Below are positions 10,912-24,104 of a stretch of DNA of 64,000 bases, piece after piece (within the stretch, counting starts at the first letter, position 1; every line of letters begins with the position of its first letter). Below the pieces are notes generated by a model. The model saw only the letters and a program-made list of their open reading frames with translations. It did not search any database and was not told where the DNA came from. A program made the translations under genes and the position numbers. The DNA is taken from NCBI RefSeq assembly GCF_044704955.1, contig NC_091979.1, positions 162,006,001-162,070,000 on the forward strand. Direction: 5' to 3'. This DNA is from Pristiophorus japonicus. Taxonomy: Eukaryota.

Positions 10912-13728
10912 CTGAGATGAAACATGTTATTTATTATTTAATATAAACCTAACACAAATTCATCCACAGTTACTTGAGTACATCATCCTTGAATCTAACA
11001 TATCGGGGCCGAAGTTGCGCTTTCTATAAGACCCATGGCTGCCTGAAAGTGATGGCCATGGGTGAGTGCAGACTGCCCTTCCTCCGCTTTGGAGCAGCGT
11101 AGGGGACCATTCCGCCCATTTTCCCATTGCGGCATGCACGTGCCAACCCCTAACCAACCAGCGCTGACCCCTTCCCGAATTTACCCCGTGGGAAATTGCC
11201 TCCTTCAAAAATTGAAAAACCCCTTCTTGGGTGCCAGGCCGCTGGCCCAGCCGAAACCCTCCCTGGGGGCCCGTGTTTGCCACTAAAGTGTCTGCAGAGT
11301 TTCTGCGACCCTCCCCTTTAACTGATGGGGAGGAACGTTGTGACGCGCCAGTGAGATGATGCCATCAGTGCAGCGCTGATGACTTGCAGCTTCGGTCACT
11401 CCGTCCCACCCCCACTTCCGCCCCAGTGATGAGGTCCCTTCCGCCCTGCTTCGGAAAAAAAGTACCAAGTGCTTAATTTCTCCGGTTTGGTCGTCCCATG
11501 CATTGGGGTGGACGGAACACTTCAAGAGTGGTAGGTGCGACTCGTTTCGGGCGGTGGGCAATTTCGGCCCTGATTCAAAATAAATAACACACTGATGATC
11601 GCCAAAAGATAACACTCGTCAATGAAGTAAGGGGACAGCAACAGACATTAAGGGGACTTTGAATTTGATTCTACTGTAACTTCTAAATTGCACTGCAATC
11701 CTTAAGGCACTGACTCTCATTGGGGTATGGCTCTATAGACAATGGTCATACCTTAACCAAACAGTGAGAAATTCGTGTCTGAGCCTAGTCACTGAATACC
11801 AACAGATTAGGGAGACCATCACAGTTGAACCAGATCCTGTAAGCCTCCTATGTTCACTACTCTGCTATTTTTGTACATTTAGGTATGAAGAATGAGGATG
11901 CTACATACTCCTTGGAAAATAAGTGTCTAAATGGGGTAGAGGAGCAGAGGGATTTGGGGGTACAAATACACAAATCACTAAAAGTAGTGACGCAGGTTAA
12001 TAAGGCCATAAAAATGCAAAGCACTGGGGTTCATTTCTGGAGTGATAGAATTGAAAAGCAGAGAAATTATGTTAAGTTTGCATAGAACCTTGTTAGACCA
12101 CACTTGGAGTACTGTGAACAGTTCTGGTCTCCATATTATAAAAGGGGCATTGAGGCACTGGAAAAGGTGCAAAGAAGAGTTACTAGAATGATACCTATCA
12201 GGAAGGACTCTGTTCTCTGGAAAAGAGAAGACTGAATGGTGACCTGATAGAGTCTTTAAGATTATGAAAGGGTTTGATAGGGTAGACCTTCTTCCACTTG
12301 CAGGCTAGATCAGAACTAGGGGCCATAAATGTAAGATAGTCACTAATAAATCCAACAGGGAATTCAGGTGAATAGAATGTGGACCACAGTAGTTGGGGTG
12401 AATAGCATAGATGCATTTAAGGGGAAGACAGATAAGCACATGAGTGAGAAAGGGATAGAAGGATATATTGATGTGGTTCGATGATGCAGGCTGGTGTGGA
12501 ACACAAACACCGGCATGGATCTGTTGGGCCGAATGGGCTGTTTCTGTACTGTAAATACTTTGTAATACTTTTTGTCATTTATCCAATTCCCTTTTCAAAG
12601 TTACAATAGAATCTGCTTCCACCATCTTTTCAGGCAGTGCATTCCAGGTCATAACAATTCACTGCTAAAATGATTCTCCTCATCTCCCTTCTGGTTTTTT
12701 TTGCTAATTATCTTAAATCTATTATTCTCTGGTTAACGGCCCACCCACCAATGGAAACACTTTCTTGTTATTTACACTATCAAAACTCCCTCATAATTTT
12801 GAGCTCCTCAATTAAATCTCCCCTTAGCCTTCTCTGTTTTACGGAGAACAATCCCAACTTCTCTAGTCCCTCCGAATAAATGAAGTAATTCATCCCTGGT
12901 ATAATTATGGTAAATCTCCTCTGCACCCTCTTCAAAGCTTTGACATCCTTCTTAAAGAATGGTGCCCAGAATTGGACACAACACTCAGGCTGAGGGCTAA
13001 TCAGTAATTTATACAGTTTTATCATAACGTCCTCGTTTGAATTAAACCAGAGATTTTTCTGGTAAGGCTTGCTTGGCTATCGCGGATAGGTGGTGGGGGG
13101 GAGGCTTAAATGACATTGTAAGGATATAGAGTATACTTCCCCCTGTTCCACTGTTCATTAATATGTGCAAACAAATCAGCTTAAATATGAATGGGGTTCC
13201 TTGTTCTATGCTTTTTTAATCATATTAGTGATGAGAAGTTAACCATCCTGTACATTTCTTGTCCACTCTATAGATTAAAATGTATCTTTTGTCAATAAAG
13301 TAAAAGGTATATGAATTATAGTGAAATATTATACACTTAACATATAAAGATGTACAATAATTTCAAATAATAATCATATTGGGTCACTTACATAGCTATA
13401 CGTGCGACATGACCTGATGTTGTCATTGAATCCCATCCAGCGCTGGTAGTCAGGATATTCTCCCCTGCTCAGAACATACTGGTATCCCATGTAATTGGGT
13501 CTCTCATACACCACCCACCAGTCACTCTCCACACGGATGGAGTTACAGCGGCTGAAGTAAGAGTGCAGGTCAGCACAGTCAGTATTGCACTCGTAGTGCC
13601 GACCCTGGAAGTTCCTGTCCTCATAGAAGGTGATCTGTAGTATTAGAAAAATGTTAGCTATGCTGAAGCGTAACTGTTTTTAACAAAACAAAATATCATA
13701 GAAAACAAATCATTTTTACCTTAACCAT
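10636..13728 (-). CDS. cryg: Gamma-crystallin gene A (shark gamma-S1/gamma-M-like), 175 aa, join(13720-13728,13392-13634,10636-10911)
   Basis: Canonical 9/243/276-bp exons with GT-AG phase-0 introns. Protein [19 protein letters not shown]...[22 protein letters not shown]...[23 protein letters not shown]...GSFRRIVVI with four Greek-key motifs and no internal stop. Confidence 0.93.
11005..11571. mobile_element. Harbinger-type MITE in intron 2 of gene A
   Basis: GC-rich block bounded by imperfect TIRs GGGGCCGAAGTTGC / GCAATTTCGGCCCT; TSD not clean. Confidence 0.7.
11880..12565 (+). mobile_element. Old CR1-clade LINE 3' fragment
   Basis: [14 protein letters not shown]-type remnants and a CR1-like 3' UTR (GGGCCGAATGG). 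Confidence 0.8.
12580..13030 (-). mobile_element. Old CR1-clade LINE 3' fragment
   Basis: [19 protein letters not shown]...RRLRGDLIE. Confidence 0.8.
13392..13634 (-). CDS. cryg: Gamma-crystallin gene A exon 2 (N-terminal domain)
   Basis: 243 bp flanked by TACAG and GTAAGT; 81 open codons. Confidence 0.93.
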
Positions 13729-13781
13729 TTTGAAGACACTGCCAGAGCTATAGTCGTGTGCCAGGAGTTAGAGATGATGGC

Positions 13782-13843
13782 TTTTTATAGACCCAACCTT
13801 TGTTATTTCATTGAAGAATTCCAAAACATTTTCCAAGTCAGCA
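13782..13843 (-). promoter_or_regulatory. Gene A proximal promoter: TATA box, Sox-like site, half-MARE
   Basis: TATAAAAA 13782-13789 (minus), CTTTGTT 13798-13804, TGCTGAC 13837-13843 (minus). Sox and Maf sites are the known drivers of gamma-crystallin promoters. Confidence 0.6.
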
Positions 13844-14189
13844 GATTCTTCTATGACATGTCTTGTACTCTTTGTTGGCACTCACTTGATGTATTGATGC
13901 AGAAAGTATAGACTGAGTATTAAGTCTTTGTTCAGTCGATTTACCATGGCACGTTACAAATGCAATGCATTTTCTATTTGAAAATAACATAGTGAGGATT
14001 CTTAAAAGTTAGAAATAATTAGAAAATAGTTTGTTTAAAAAAATTACATGAAACATAACAATCAGGTCCTTTTTATCAAAATCAAAACACTTTTAATTTA
14101 TAAGTATGTCAAAGCAAGCATACTCTGTATTTTTTGTAATATTACACAATGAATCATGTATCAGCAGGAATCAGTGTTACATAGAATTA

Positions 14190-14655
14190 CATAGAATTTT
14201 ACAGCACAGAAAAAGGCAATTTGGTCCAACAGGTCTATGCCGGTATTTATACTCCACACAAGCCTTCCCCTTCATTACTGCATCTCACCCTATCAACATA
14301 CCCTTCTATTCCTGTCTCCCTCGTGTGTTTATCTAGCTTCTCCTTAAATGCAGCTATGCAATTAGCCTCAACCACTTCACAATCTCACCACTCTCTGAGT
14401 AAAGAAGCTTCTGGAATTCCTGAAAGGATTTATTTGTGACATTCTTATATTTATAGCCCCTAGTTTTGGAGTGGAAACATCTTCTCTATATTTACCTTAT
14501 CAAACTCCTTCATAATTTTAAAGACCACTATCAGGTCACCTCTCAGTCTACTCTTTTCTAGAGAAAACAAACCCACCCTATTCAGTCTTTCCTGATAGTT
14601 GCTCCCTCTCAGTTCTGGTATCAACCTTGTCAATTTTTTTGCACATCCTCCAGTG
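14190..14655 (-). mobile_element. Old CR1-clade LINE 3' fragment
   Basis: YQERLNRVGLFSLEKSRLRGDLI plus a CR1-like 3' UTR and tail. Confidence 0.75.
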
Positions 14656-15884
14656 CTATGAAAAATACAACAAAAAGAGATGCTGATTGCACAGTTCATA
14701 TTCACTTTCCCTGTATATCACCAATATCATTTCCATCAATGGAGAAAAAGCTATCTTTAAAATTTTCAAGCTATATTGATTATGATAATCTCCCGTAACT
14801 CAAAAATCTAGTCCATGTGCCAAACTCATCTAGAAATGGAAAAGCTTGAAACGCTTGATCTGGGATTGCAGAGGGAGCCATTTCTAGCTGAGCATGTACT
14901 GGGGTGGAAGCCATCATGTCTATATCCATTCTGGAGGTTAGTACGGTACCTCCTGTCCTATGATGTTTCGGGGAACTATAGTTGGTTCCAATAGGTTTAG
15001 TTCTGTCATGCGCTTAATTGCTTGTGAGTATTTCAACAAACCAACCCTAAAATCTGGATTAATTTGCAGGTTATGTAACAATCAGTTACTGGAACAGAAT
15101 ATAATACCTTGTTTTTATTTAATGAGATGTGCAAATTCTGTAAGCCTTTCAGATACTGCATTCTGTTATGTTGAAATCCTGAATAAAACGAGACTTAGAA
15201 AACATTTTGAAGCTTTTTTCTAGGAAAATGTACGTTGTGGAGATTTTTGCCAAGTCAAGGACAAAAACTATGCAATGGAAAAATGGGTGAAAAGCTGCTC
15301 AACAGATAGCGATCACTTCACACAAAGCATTTCAAAATATATCTGTCTGTTATTAAACAATCTTATAAAGGGAGCATGCTAGTTGTCCACAAAGCTTATC
15401 TCCTGTTTTTACAATCTTTAGTCACACTAAGTGTCAACATTTACAACTGTAAATTGCTTTGTCAATATTTCTTATTCAATTTTGTTACAACTGTCATGAT
15501 GATGTAGTTGCAGGATATGGCCACTAGGTGGCTCTGTAGAGTGAGTTTCCGAAGTCTCTCTCCCAACTCAGTTGCCCCCTTGCATATAAAATAGCTTTAT
15601 AGATATCAACTGACTGGGCAATGCCATAGACAATTTATTAGTATGATTTAAAAAATATTGGCTATTCCTTCCTTATTCATCAGTTTAGCAGTTTCATTCA
15701 GATGTTGAAATGTTCCTTGAGTGTAACCATGTTTTATAACTGCCAAAATAAATCATCACTTTCAGGGGCAGATTTGTAAGTTTGTGTGATAGTGTAAAAT
15801 GGGTTGCAATGGGAATGAAACTGAGGAGACATTTTTTTATTCATTCACAGGATGTGGGCATCGCTGGCAAAACCAGCATTTATT

Positions 15885-18800
15885 TATGATGGGGAAGTCA
15901 TGTTTGACTAATTTGCTGGAATTCTTTGAGGATGTATCGGACAAGGTGGATAAAGGGGAACCAGTGGATGTGGTGTATTTGGACTTCCAGAAGGCATTTG
16001 ACAAGGTGCCACATAAAAGGTTACTGCACAAAATAAAAGTTCACGGGGTTGGGAGTAATATATTAGCATGGATAGAGGATTGGCTAACTAACAGAAAACA
16101 GAGAGTCAGGATAAATAGTTCATTCTCTGGTTTGCAACCAATAGCTAGTGGGGTGTCGCAGGGATCAATGTTGGGACCCCCAACTATTTACAATCTATAT
16201 TAACGACTTGGAAGAAGGGACTGAGTGTAATGTAGCCAAGTTTGCTGATGATACAAAGATGGGAGGAAAAGCAATGTGTGAGGAGGACACAAAAAATCTG
16301 CATAAGGACATAAACAGGTTAAGTGAGTGGGCAAAAATTCAGTAGATGGAGTATAATGTCGGAAAGTGAGGTCATGCACTTTGGCAGAAAAAGAGCAAGT
16401 TATTATCTAAATGGAGAAAGATGGCAGTGCTGCAGTACAGCGGGACCTTGGGGTACTTGTGTATGAAACATAAAAGGATAGTGTTGTCTTGAATGAAGAG
16501 TCAGACTAGATACTGCAAGCTCAAAGTAAGTGTGACCATAGTCCTTCATTACAGATCTCAGAGTGCCTCTCCAGCCTGTGACGCTTCCTTATATACAGGT
16601 GCTCCCAAGGGATTGTGGGGTCCCTTGGGACTCCAGGGGATAAGCCCTCTGGTGGTTGGATATGGTAATTACAGGTTACATACAGAACAACACTCCCCCC
16701 CCACTAAAGTCAATAGTGTAACTATTTACAATATGAGTCGATCTGGGGCCTTCCTTTCCCTGGTTGATTGTCTTGGTGCAAATGCTGGAGTTGGTGAGTC
16801 ATTTGTTGGGCCTTCGCTGGGCTGCTGTGCAGCTGGCCTTGCTGGACTGCTGGGGGTGATGGGTTCTGCTTCGTGGTCAACCGCTGGGTCGGTTGCCACT
16901 TGTGTGTTTGTTGGAGGGTCGAAAAAGGTAGACTCTATTGTGGGTTGTTCTGGATAGTCCGTAAATCTGAGTTTGGTTTGGTCCAAGTGTTTTCTGCAGG
17001 TGAGTCTATTTGAGCGTTTGACCACAAACACCCTACCCCCCTCTTTGGCGAAAACAGTGCCATCAATCCACTTGGGACCTTGTCCATAGTTCAACACAAA
17101 TACAGGATCATTTACTTCAATTTCTCGTGACACATTTGCATGATCATGATATGTATTCTGTTGAAGCCGCCTGCTCTCTACCTGTTCATGTAAATCAGGG
17201 TAGATTAACGAGAGCCTTGTCTTAAGTGTCCTTTTCATGAGCAGTTCAGCGGGAGGGACCCCGCTGAGCAAGTGGGGTCTTCTGCGGTAACTAAGCAGGA
17301 CTTGGGATAAGCGAGTCTGCAGTTAGCCTTCAGTTACCCTTTTCAAGCTCTGCTTGATTGTTTGAACTGCTCGTTCTACCTGACCATTGGACGCTGGCTT
17401 AAACGGGGCAGGCGTGACATGTTTGACCCCATTGCGGGTCATGAATTCCTTGAATTTGGCACTGGTAAAGCACGGCCCATTGTCACTTACAAGGACATCA
17501 GGCAGGCCGTGCATGGCAAACATGGCCCATAGGCTTTCAATGGTGGCAGCGGACATGCTTGCCGACATTATCATACATTCAATCCACTTGGAGTATGCAT
17601 CCACAACCACTTAAAAATGTTTTTCCCAAGAATGGGCCTGCATACTCGACATGAACCTTAGACCACGGATTGGAGGGCCAAGACCATAAACTTAGTGGTA
17701 CCTCCCTGGGTGCATTGCTTAACTGTGAACATGTATTACATTTGTGCATGCAGGACTCTAAGTCTGCATCGATACCGGGCCACCACACGTGGGATCTGGC
17801 TATCGCTTTTATCATTACAATGCCTGGGTGGGTACTGTGGAGATCACTAATGAAAGTGTCCCTGCCCTTTTTTGGTATAACTACATGATTACCCCATAGG
17901 AGGCAGTCTGCCTGTATAGACATTTCATCTTTGCACCGCTGCTACGGCTTTATTTCTTCCTGCATCTTTAACGGGACACTAGACCAACTCCCGTGGAGCA
18001 CACAGTTTTTTACTAAGGACAGTGGGCAGTCCTGGCTCATCCAGGTTCCAATTTGTTGGTCAGTAACAGGTGATTGCTCACTCTCGAATGCTTCCATTAC
18101 CATAACTAGATCTGCGGGCTGTGCCATCTCCACCCTGGTGGTGGGCAACGGTAGCCTACTGCGAGCATCGGCACAGTTTTCTGTGCCTAGCCCGTGGCGG
18201 CTGGCGTAGTTGTATGCGAACAACGTGAGCGCCCATCTCTGGATGCGGGCCGATGCATTCGTATTTATCCCCTTATTTCCAGAAAAGATGGATAGAAGTG
18301 TCTTATGGTCAGTTTCCAATTCAAATTTGAGCCCGAACAGATATTGATGCATTTTCTTTACCCCGTAAACACACGCTAACACTTCTTTATCAATCATATT
18401 GTAGGCCCTCTTGGTCTTAGACAGACTTCTGGATGCATAAGCAACCAGTTAAAATTTCCCAAATTCATTAGCTTGTTGAAATACACACGTGACCCCGTAT
18501 GATGATGCATCATATGCTAGTACCAAACGTTAACATGGATCGTACAACACAAGCAATTTGTTTGAACATAACAGCTTCCTAGCTTTCTCAAAGGCATTTT
18601 CTTGGCTTTTACCCCAAACCCATTCATCTCCTTGATGCAGTAAAAAGTGCAGGGGTTCTAACAATGTGTTAAGACCCGGTAAGAAGTTACCAAAGTATTT
18701 CAGGATTCCTAGAAACGACCGCAGCTCCGTCACGTTCTGTGGTCTTGGTGCATTTTTGATTGCCTCCGTCTTCGAATCGGTGGGCCTGATGCCATCTGCC

Positions 18801-21672
18801 GCGATTCTTCTCCCCAGGAACTCCACTTCAGGCACCAGGAAAATGCACTTAAAGCATTTTAGCCTGAGCCCCACATGATTAAGCCGACTAAGAACCTCCT
18901 CCAGGTTCTGCAGGTGCTCGACGATGTCCCGACCTGTCCTGGAAGACCACGGTGCACAGGACACACTTCAGCAAGCTTTCCATGTTCCTCTGGAATATCG
19001 CTGCGGCCGATCGAATCCCAAATGGGCACCAACCTGTTGTAAATGAAAAGACCTTTGTGCGTGTTGATGCAGGTGAGGCCTTTCAAAGATTCCTCCTGCT
19101 CCTGTGTCATGTAGGCTGAGGTCAATTCCAGCTTTGTGAACGTTTTCCCTCCCGCCAGCGTCACAAATAAGTCGTCTGCATTGGGTAGCGGGTATTGATC
19201 TTGCAGTGAGAAACAATTGATAGTTACTTTGTAATCACCACAGATTCTGACGGTGCCGTCTCCCTTGAGGACTGGAACAATCGGACTGGCCCACTCATTG
19301 AATTCGATCGGCGAAATGATGCCCTCTCGTTGTAGCCTGTACAGCTCGATCTCCACCCTCTCTCTCATTAAGTAAGGTACCGCTCTCGCTTTGTGATGGA
19401 TGGATCGCGCCCCTGGAAGCAAATGGATCTGCACTTTTGCTCTTTGGAACTTCCCGATGCCTGGTTCGAACAGCGCGGGGAACTTGCTTAGGACCTGGGC
19501 ACGTGACCTGGTCGACGGACGAAAGCACTCGGACGTCATCCCAGTTCCAGCATATCTTTCCCAGCCAGCTCCTGCCGAACAGCGTGGGGCCATCGCCCGG
19601 TACCACCCAGAGTGGTAAATCGTGCACCGCTCCATCGTAAGAGACCTTTATGGTAGCACTGCCAATTACGGGAATCAGTTTCTTTGTGTACATTCTAAGT
19701 TTGGTACGAATGGAAGTCAGGACTGGCCTTGAAGCCTTGTTGCACCACAACTTATCAAAAGTCTTTTTACTCATTATGGACTGGCTTGCGCCCATGTCCA
19801 GCTCCATCAGCATTATCGGGAGACACTTTGTGGTAAATGTGTGCACCCCATATACCTCTGCCTCGTCGGTCTGAGGCTCTGGTTCATCATGATCCTCCTC
19901 TGCAACATGGTGTTTTGGAGGATTAGCAGGATTTTCAGCTCGCCTGCACATACATTGGAGGTGTCCCATTGTTCCACAGCCATTGCAAACATATCCTTTG
20001 AAGCGGCATGGATGGAATCGATGATCACCCCCGCAGCGCCAACAAGGTGTTAATTGCTTTGTATTCACCACCCTTGATGGCGGACTCTGAGTCATCTGCG
20101 GACATGTAGCTACAGGCGTGTAAGACCTGCCATGTGCATTTCGATTCGAAAACAACATTACTTTGTTCACAGTACTTGCAGCAGCACTAGTTTGCTGGGA
20201 AATTTGTTTGGTATTGTCACTGGTGGAGATAAACGCCTGGGCTATCGCGATGGCTTTACTCAATGTTGGGGTTTGTACAGTCAAAAGTTTGCAAAGTATT
20301 ACTTCATGGCCAATGCCAAGTAAAAGAAGTCCCTGAGCATATGTTTCAAGTGTCCTTCAAATTCGCAATGTCCTGCAAGGCGCCTTAGCTCGGCAACGTA
20401 GCTCTCCACTTCCTGGCCTTCAGACCTCTTGTATGTGTAGAACCGATACCTCGCCATCAGAACACTTTCCTTCGGGTTTAGATGCTCCTGGACTAGTGTG
20501 CACAACTCATCGTATGACTTGTCTGTGGGTTTTGCTGGAGGGAGCAGGTTTTTCATGAGGCCATACGTTGGTGCCCCGCAAATGGTGAGGAGGATCACCC
20601 TTTGTTTGGCAGCGTTCCCTTCTCCTTCCAGCTTGTTGGCCACGAAGTATTGGTCAGGTCACTCCACGAAGGTTTCCCAATCATCTCCCTCCAAAAATTT
20701 CTCCAGGATGCCCACAGTTCTCTTCATTGTTGTGTTGGTGTTCATCATCTGTATCTCGTCGCCAGTTGTTATGTCTTGAATGAAGAGTCAGGCTAGAAAC
20801 TGCAAGCTCAAAGTAAGTGTGACCATAGTCCTATATTACAGATCTCAGAGTGCCTCTCCAGCCTGTGAGGCCTCCTTATATACAGATGCTCCAAAGGGAT
20901 TGTGGGATTTCTTGGGACTCCAGGGGATAAGCCCTCTGGTGGTTAGATATGGTAATTACATGTTTACATACATAACAGATAGTATGCAGGTATAACAAGT
21001 GATCAGAAAGGCCAATGGAATCTTGGCCGTTATTGCAAAGGAGATGGAGTATAAAAGCAGGGACATTTTGCTACAGCTATATTGAGGCCATATTGGTGAG
21101 GCCATACCTGGAATACTGCGTGCAGTTTTGGTTTCCATATTTATGAAAGGATATACTTGCTTTGGAGGCAGTTCAGAGAACATTCACTAGATTGATTCCA
21201 GAGATGAGTGTTTGACTTATGAGGAAAGGTTGAATAGGTTGGGCCTCTACTCATTGGAATTCAGAAGAATGAGAGGTGATCTTATCTAAACGTATAAGAT
21301 TATGAGGGGGCTTGACAAGGTGGATGCTGAGAGGATGTTTCCACTGATAGAGGAGACTAGAATGAGAGGGCATGATCTTAGAATAAGGGGTTGCCCATTT
21401 AAAACTGAGATGAGGAGAAAGTTCTTCTCTCAGAGGGTTGTAAATCTGTGGAATTCTTTGCCTCAGAGAGCTGTGGAAGCTGGGACATTGAATAAATTTA
21501 AGACAGAAATAGACAATTTCTTAATCGATAAGGAGATAAGGGATTATGGGGAGCGGACAGGGAAGTGGAGCTGAGTCCATGATCAGATCAGCCATGATCT
21601 TATTGAATGAAGGAGCAGGCTCGAGGGGCCGTATGGCCGACTTCTGTTCCTATTTCTTATGTTCTTATGTTC
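15885..21672 (+). mobile_element. CR1 LINE, 5'-truncated, interrupted by a Gypsy element
   Basis: KSCLTNLLEFFE, LDFQKAFDKVPH and FADD before 16482; C-terminal ORF2 and (TTCTTATG)n tail after 20977. Confidence 0.92.
16482..20977 (-). mobile_element. Gypsy (Mag-like) LTR retrotransposon 1, both LTRs present, gag-pol disrupted
   Basis: LTRs 16482-16689 and 20767-20977 (TG...CA), 5-bp TSD GATAG, PBS TGGCGACGAG (20755-20764, tRNA-Ser GCU), PPT next to the 3' LTR. Gag CCHC (CWRCGGDH), RT (WASPIVPV, RICGDYK), RNase H (ETDHK) and integrase (VSDNGP) in Gypsy order. Confidence 0.96.
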
Positions 21673-22237
21673 TTATTGCCCATCCCTAATTGCCGTTGAG
21701 AAGGTGGTGGTTAGCTGTCTGCTTAAACCGCTGCAATCTGTGTGGTGAAGGTACTCAAACAGTGCTGTTAGGGAGGGAGTTCCAGGATTTTGACCCAGCA
21801 ACGATGAAGGAACGGCAATATATTTCCAAGACAGGATGCTGTATAACTTGGAGGGGAACTTGCAGGTGATGGTATTCCCATGCGACCTCTGCCCTTGTCC
21901 ATCTAGGTGGTGGAAGTCGCAGGTTTGGGAGGTGCTGCCGAAGAAGCCTTGGCAAGTTGCTGCAGTGCATCTTGTAGATGGTACACACTGTAGCCACGGT
22001 GGGAGTGAATGTTTAAGGTGGTGTATGGAGTGCCAATCAAACAGGCTGCTTTGTCCTGGATGGTGTCGAGCTTCTTGAGTGTTGTTGGAGCTGCACTCAT
22101 CCAGGCAGGTGGTGAGTATGCCGTCACACTCCTGACTTGTGTTTGTAGATGGTGAAAAGGCTTTGGGGAGACAAGAGGTGAGACACCCGCCGCAAAATAC
22201 CCAGCCTCTGACCTGCTCTTGTAGCCACAGTAATTAG

Positions 22238-23238
22238 GGGCCCAATTTTCCCCAACCCCTTTTTTCGGCGCACTTAACTTAAATGCGGCAACTTTGCGCG
22301 CTGGAAATGGCGCCGAAAAAAAGGGGCCCGATCCTGCTCGCTCTGCTGACTCTCTTGTGTCCCAGCGTGGCGTAGCTTGTGTAGTGGGGGACGGAGCAAC
22401 AGCCCAATGCAGAAAGCACTGCCGGCAGCTGCGCGCATGCGCAGTGGAGTCTGCGCTCATGCTCGTCGCCCTCCCAGCATGCCCTGTGGGCTGTGAGTAG
22501 GACCCGATTCTCGCAGGCCCTATCCCAGGCCGAAGGGATGCCCCGATCTTCGCCACACCTATCCCCGGCTGAGTGGCCTCTCGCACCAGCTGGTCGGCCC
22601 GCTGACTTCCCAGGCCGAGGTAGGACTTCAGTTTTATTTTTTATTTATTGATGGTTGTGGTTGAGAGTTTTGATTGGGAGGCGGGGGGGGTGGGTGGGGG
22701 GGAGGAGGAGAGTTTGCGGAGGGGGGGTGGGGAGAAAGAGTGTTTTGATGGGGGGAGGGGGGGGGACTTGATTCTGGCATAAAAGGTAGGATTTCTATTT
22801 TTTATTTGTTATTGATTGATTGCTTATTGCTTTTTGTGGCTTGTTTAGTGCTTTGTAAGTCTTGGTGCAGGTCCTCAGGTTCCTTGTATTTTTTATTTGT
22901 TATATAATGCTTATTTTTGTGCTTTGTTTAGTGCTTTAAATGTACTAACCTGCACCGAATTCTTAACTTCCTGCAAGGTTTTTCAGAGTGGCCACATACG
23001 CTGACCTAAGTCAATTTGGAGTAAGTATTAGCTGGCCAAAGTGGCATAAATGACCAAAATTGGCGTAAATATCTGGGAATCCCCCCTTTTGAAAAAAAAA
23101 ACTTAACTAAAAAAAATCGTACCTAACTGACTTACTCTGGAGCAAATGTTTAGAGGAAAATGGCATTTTTTAAACTTACGCCAGAAAAAACAACTTACTC
23201 CAAAAAAATTGATGCAAGTCATGGCCAAAATTGGGCCC
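22238..23238. mobile_element. Harbinger-type MITE (1.0 kb)
   Basis: TIR GGGCCCAATTTT / AAAATTGGGCCC, TSD TAG; second copy in opposite orientation at 56759-57736. Confidence 0.9.
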
Positions 23239-24104
23239 TAGATGAGGAGATGTAATACAGGCTGCCGATTTCCTGTCAACCATTTTACGTTATCGCATAA
23301 AGTCAAAATTACCCCCTCAGATTTTGAAATTTAAATCTTGAACTTGTTAAAATTAATATAAAAATAAATTACCAAGCCGCATCATTGGGTAACTTTCCCA
23401 TCAAGAAATCATTAATTAAATGCTCAGTATAAAATGGTTTTCTACAATTTCTCACCAAAATGAATTATAACTGAAGTATCAAAGGTGATTGAAATGTCAC
23501 AAAAAGATTGCTTTCTCTTCATTTCTCCTTCAGTATTCATGAGTGTGACATTTATTTGAATGTATGAATAGTTCCTAAAGTTATTTTAAGGCACAATGAT
23601 CAAGACATTCATTGTACAAAGTCTTAAACCCAGTATGATAAAGTTATCAAGTACTACAATACCTTTAAAAGGAAAATTTCAAATACATCAAGAATGCAGC
23701 TGTAGGGTTTGAAAGTATAGTGATGGGGAAGAGTGAGGTTACATCCTATTATACAGTAACTAACAGTAATTTAGTCTTTTTAATGGGCCAGTGGAAATAT
23801 ATAAACTGCTTTCAACTCATTCCTCTTGTTCATTAATAGGCAGTTAAACTATATATTTTGTATCAACATGAAACAGTCTCGCTTCCCACTAACATTAAAC
23901 TGGGTGAATTTGCTAAACTTGCATCACTTTTCCTGAGCACTATGAGACCACCTGAAGTGTCACATTGTTCCAGCTTTGCACCTGTTGCAACCATCGGATG
24001 AACCGCCTGGAAACTATGTAATATAACTTTTTCATGTTTTAATAGTCCTGCCAGCTCTCTGTTCCACACAGCCAAGCAGAGTTCCACAATATGTTCAGAA
24101 AGAA

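Larger units (their letters stand above)
15834..22232 (-). mobile_element. L2/CR1-clade LINE 3' part, split into 15834-15884 and 21673-22232 by a CR1 insertion
   Basis: The two pieces join into the same sequence as the uninterrupted copy at 57895-58201; translation QVRSVTAYSPPAWMSAAPTTLKKLDTIQDKAACLI. Confidence 0.75.

Noticed and set aside
21903-22586. 227-aa ORF
   Set aside because: Chimeric read-through from a GC-rich MITE into a LINE fragment.
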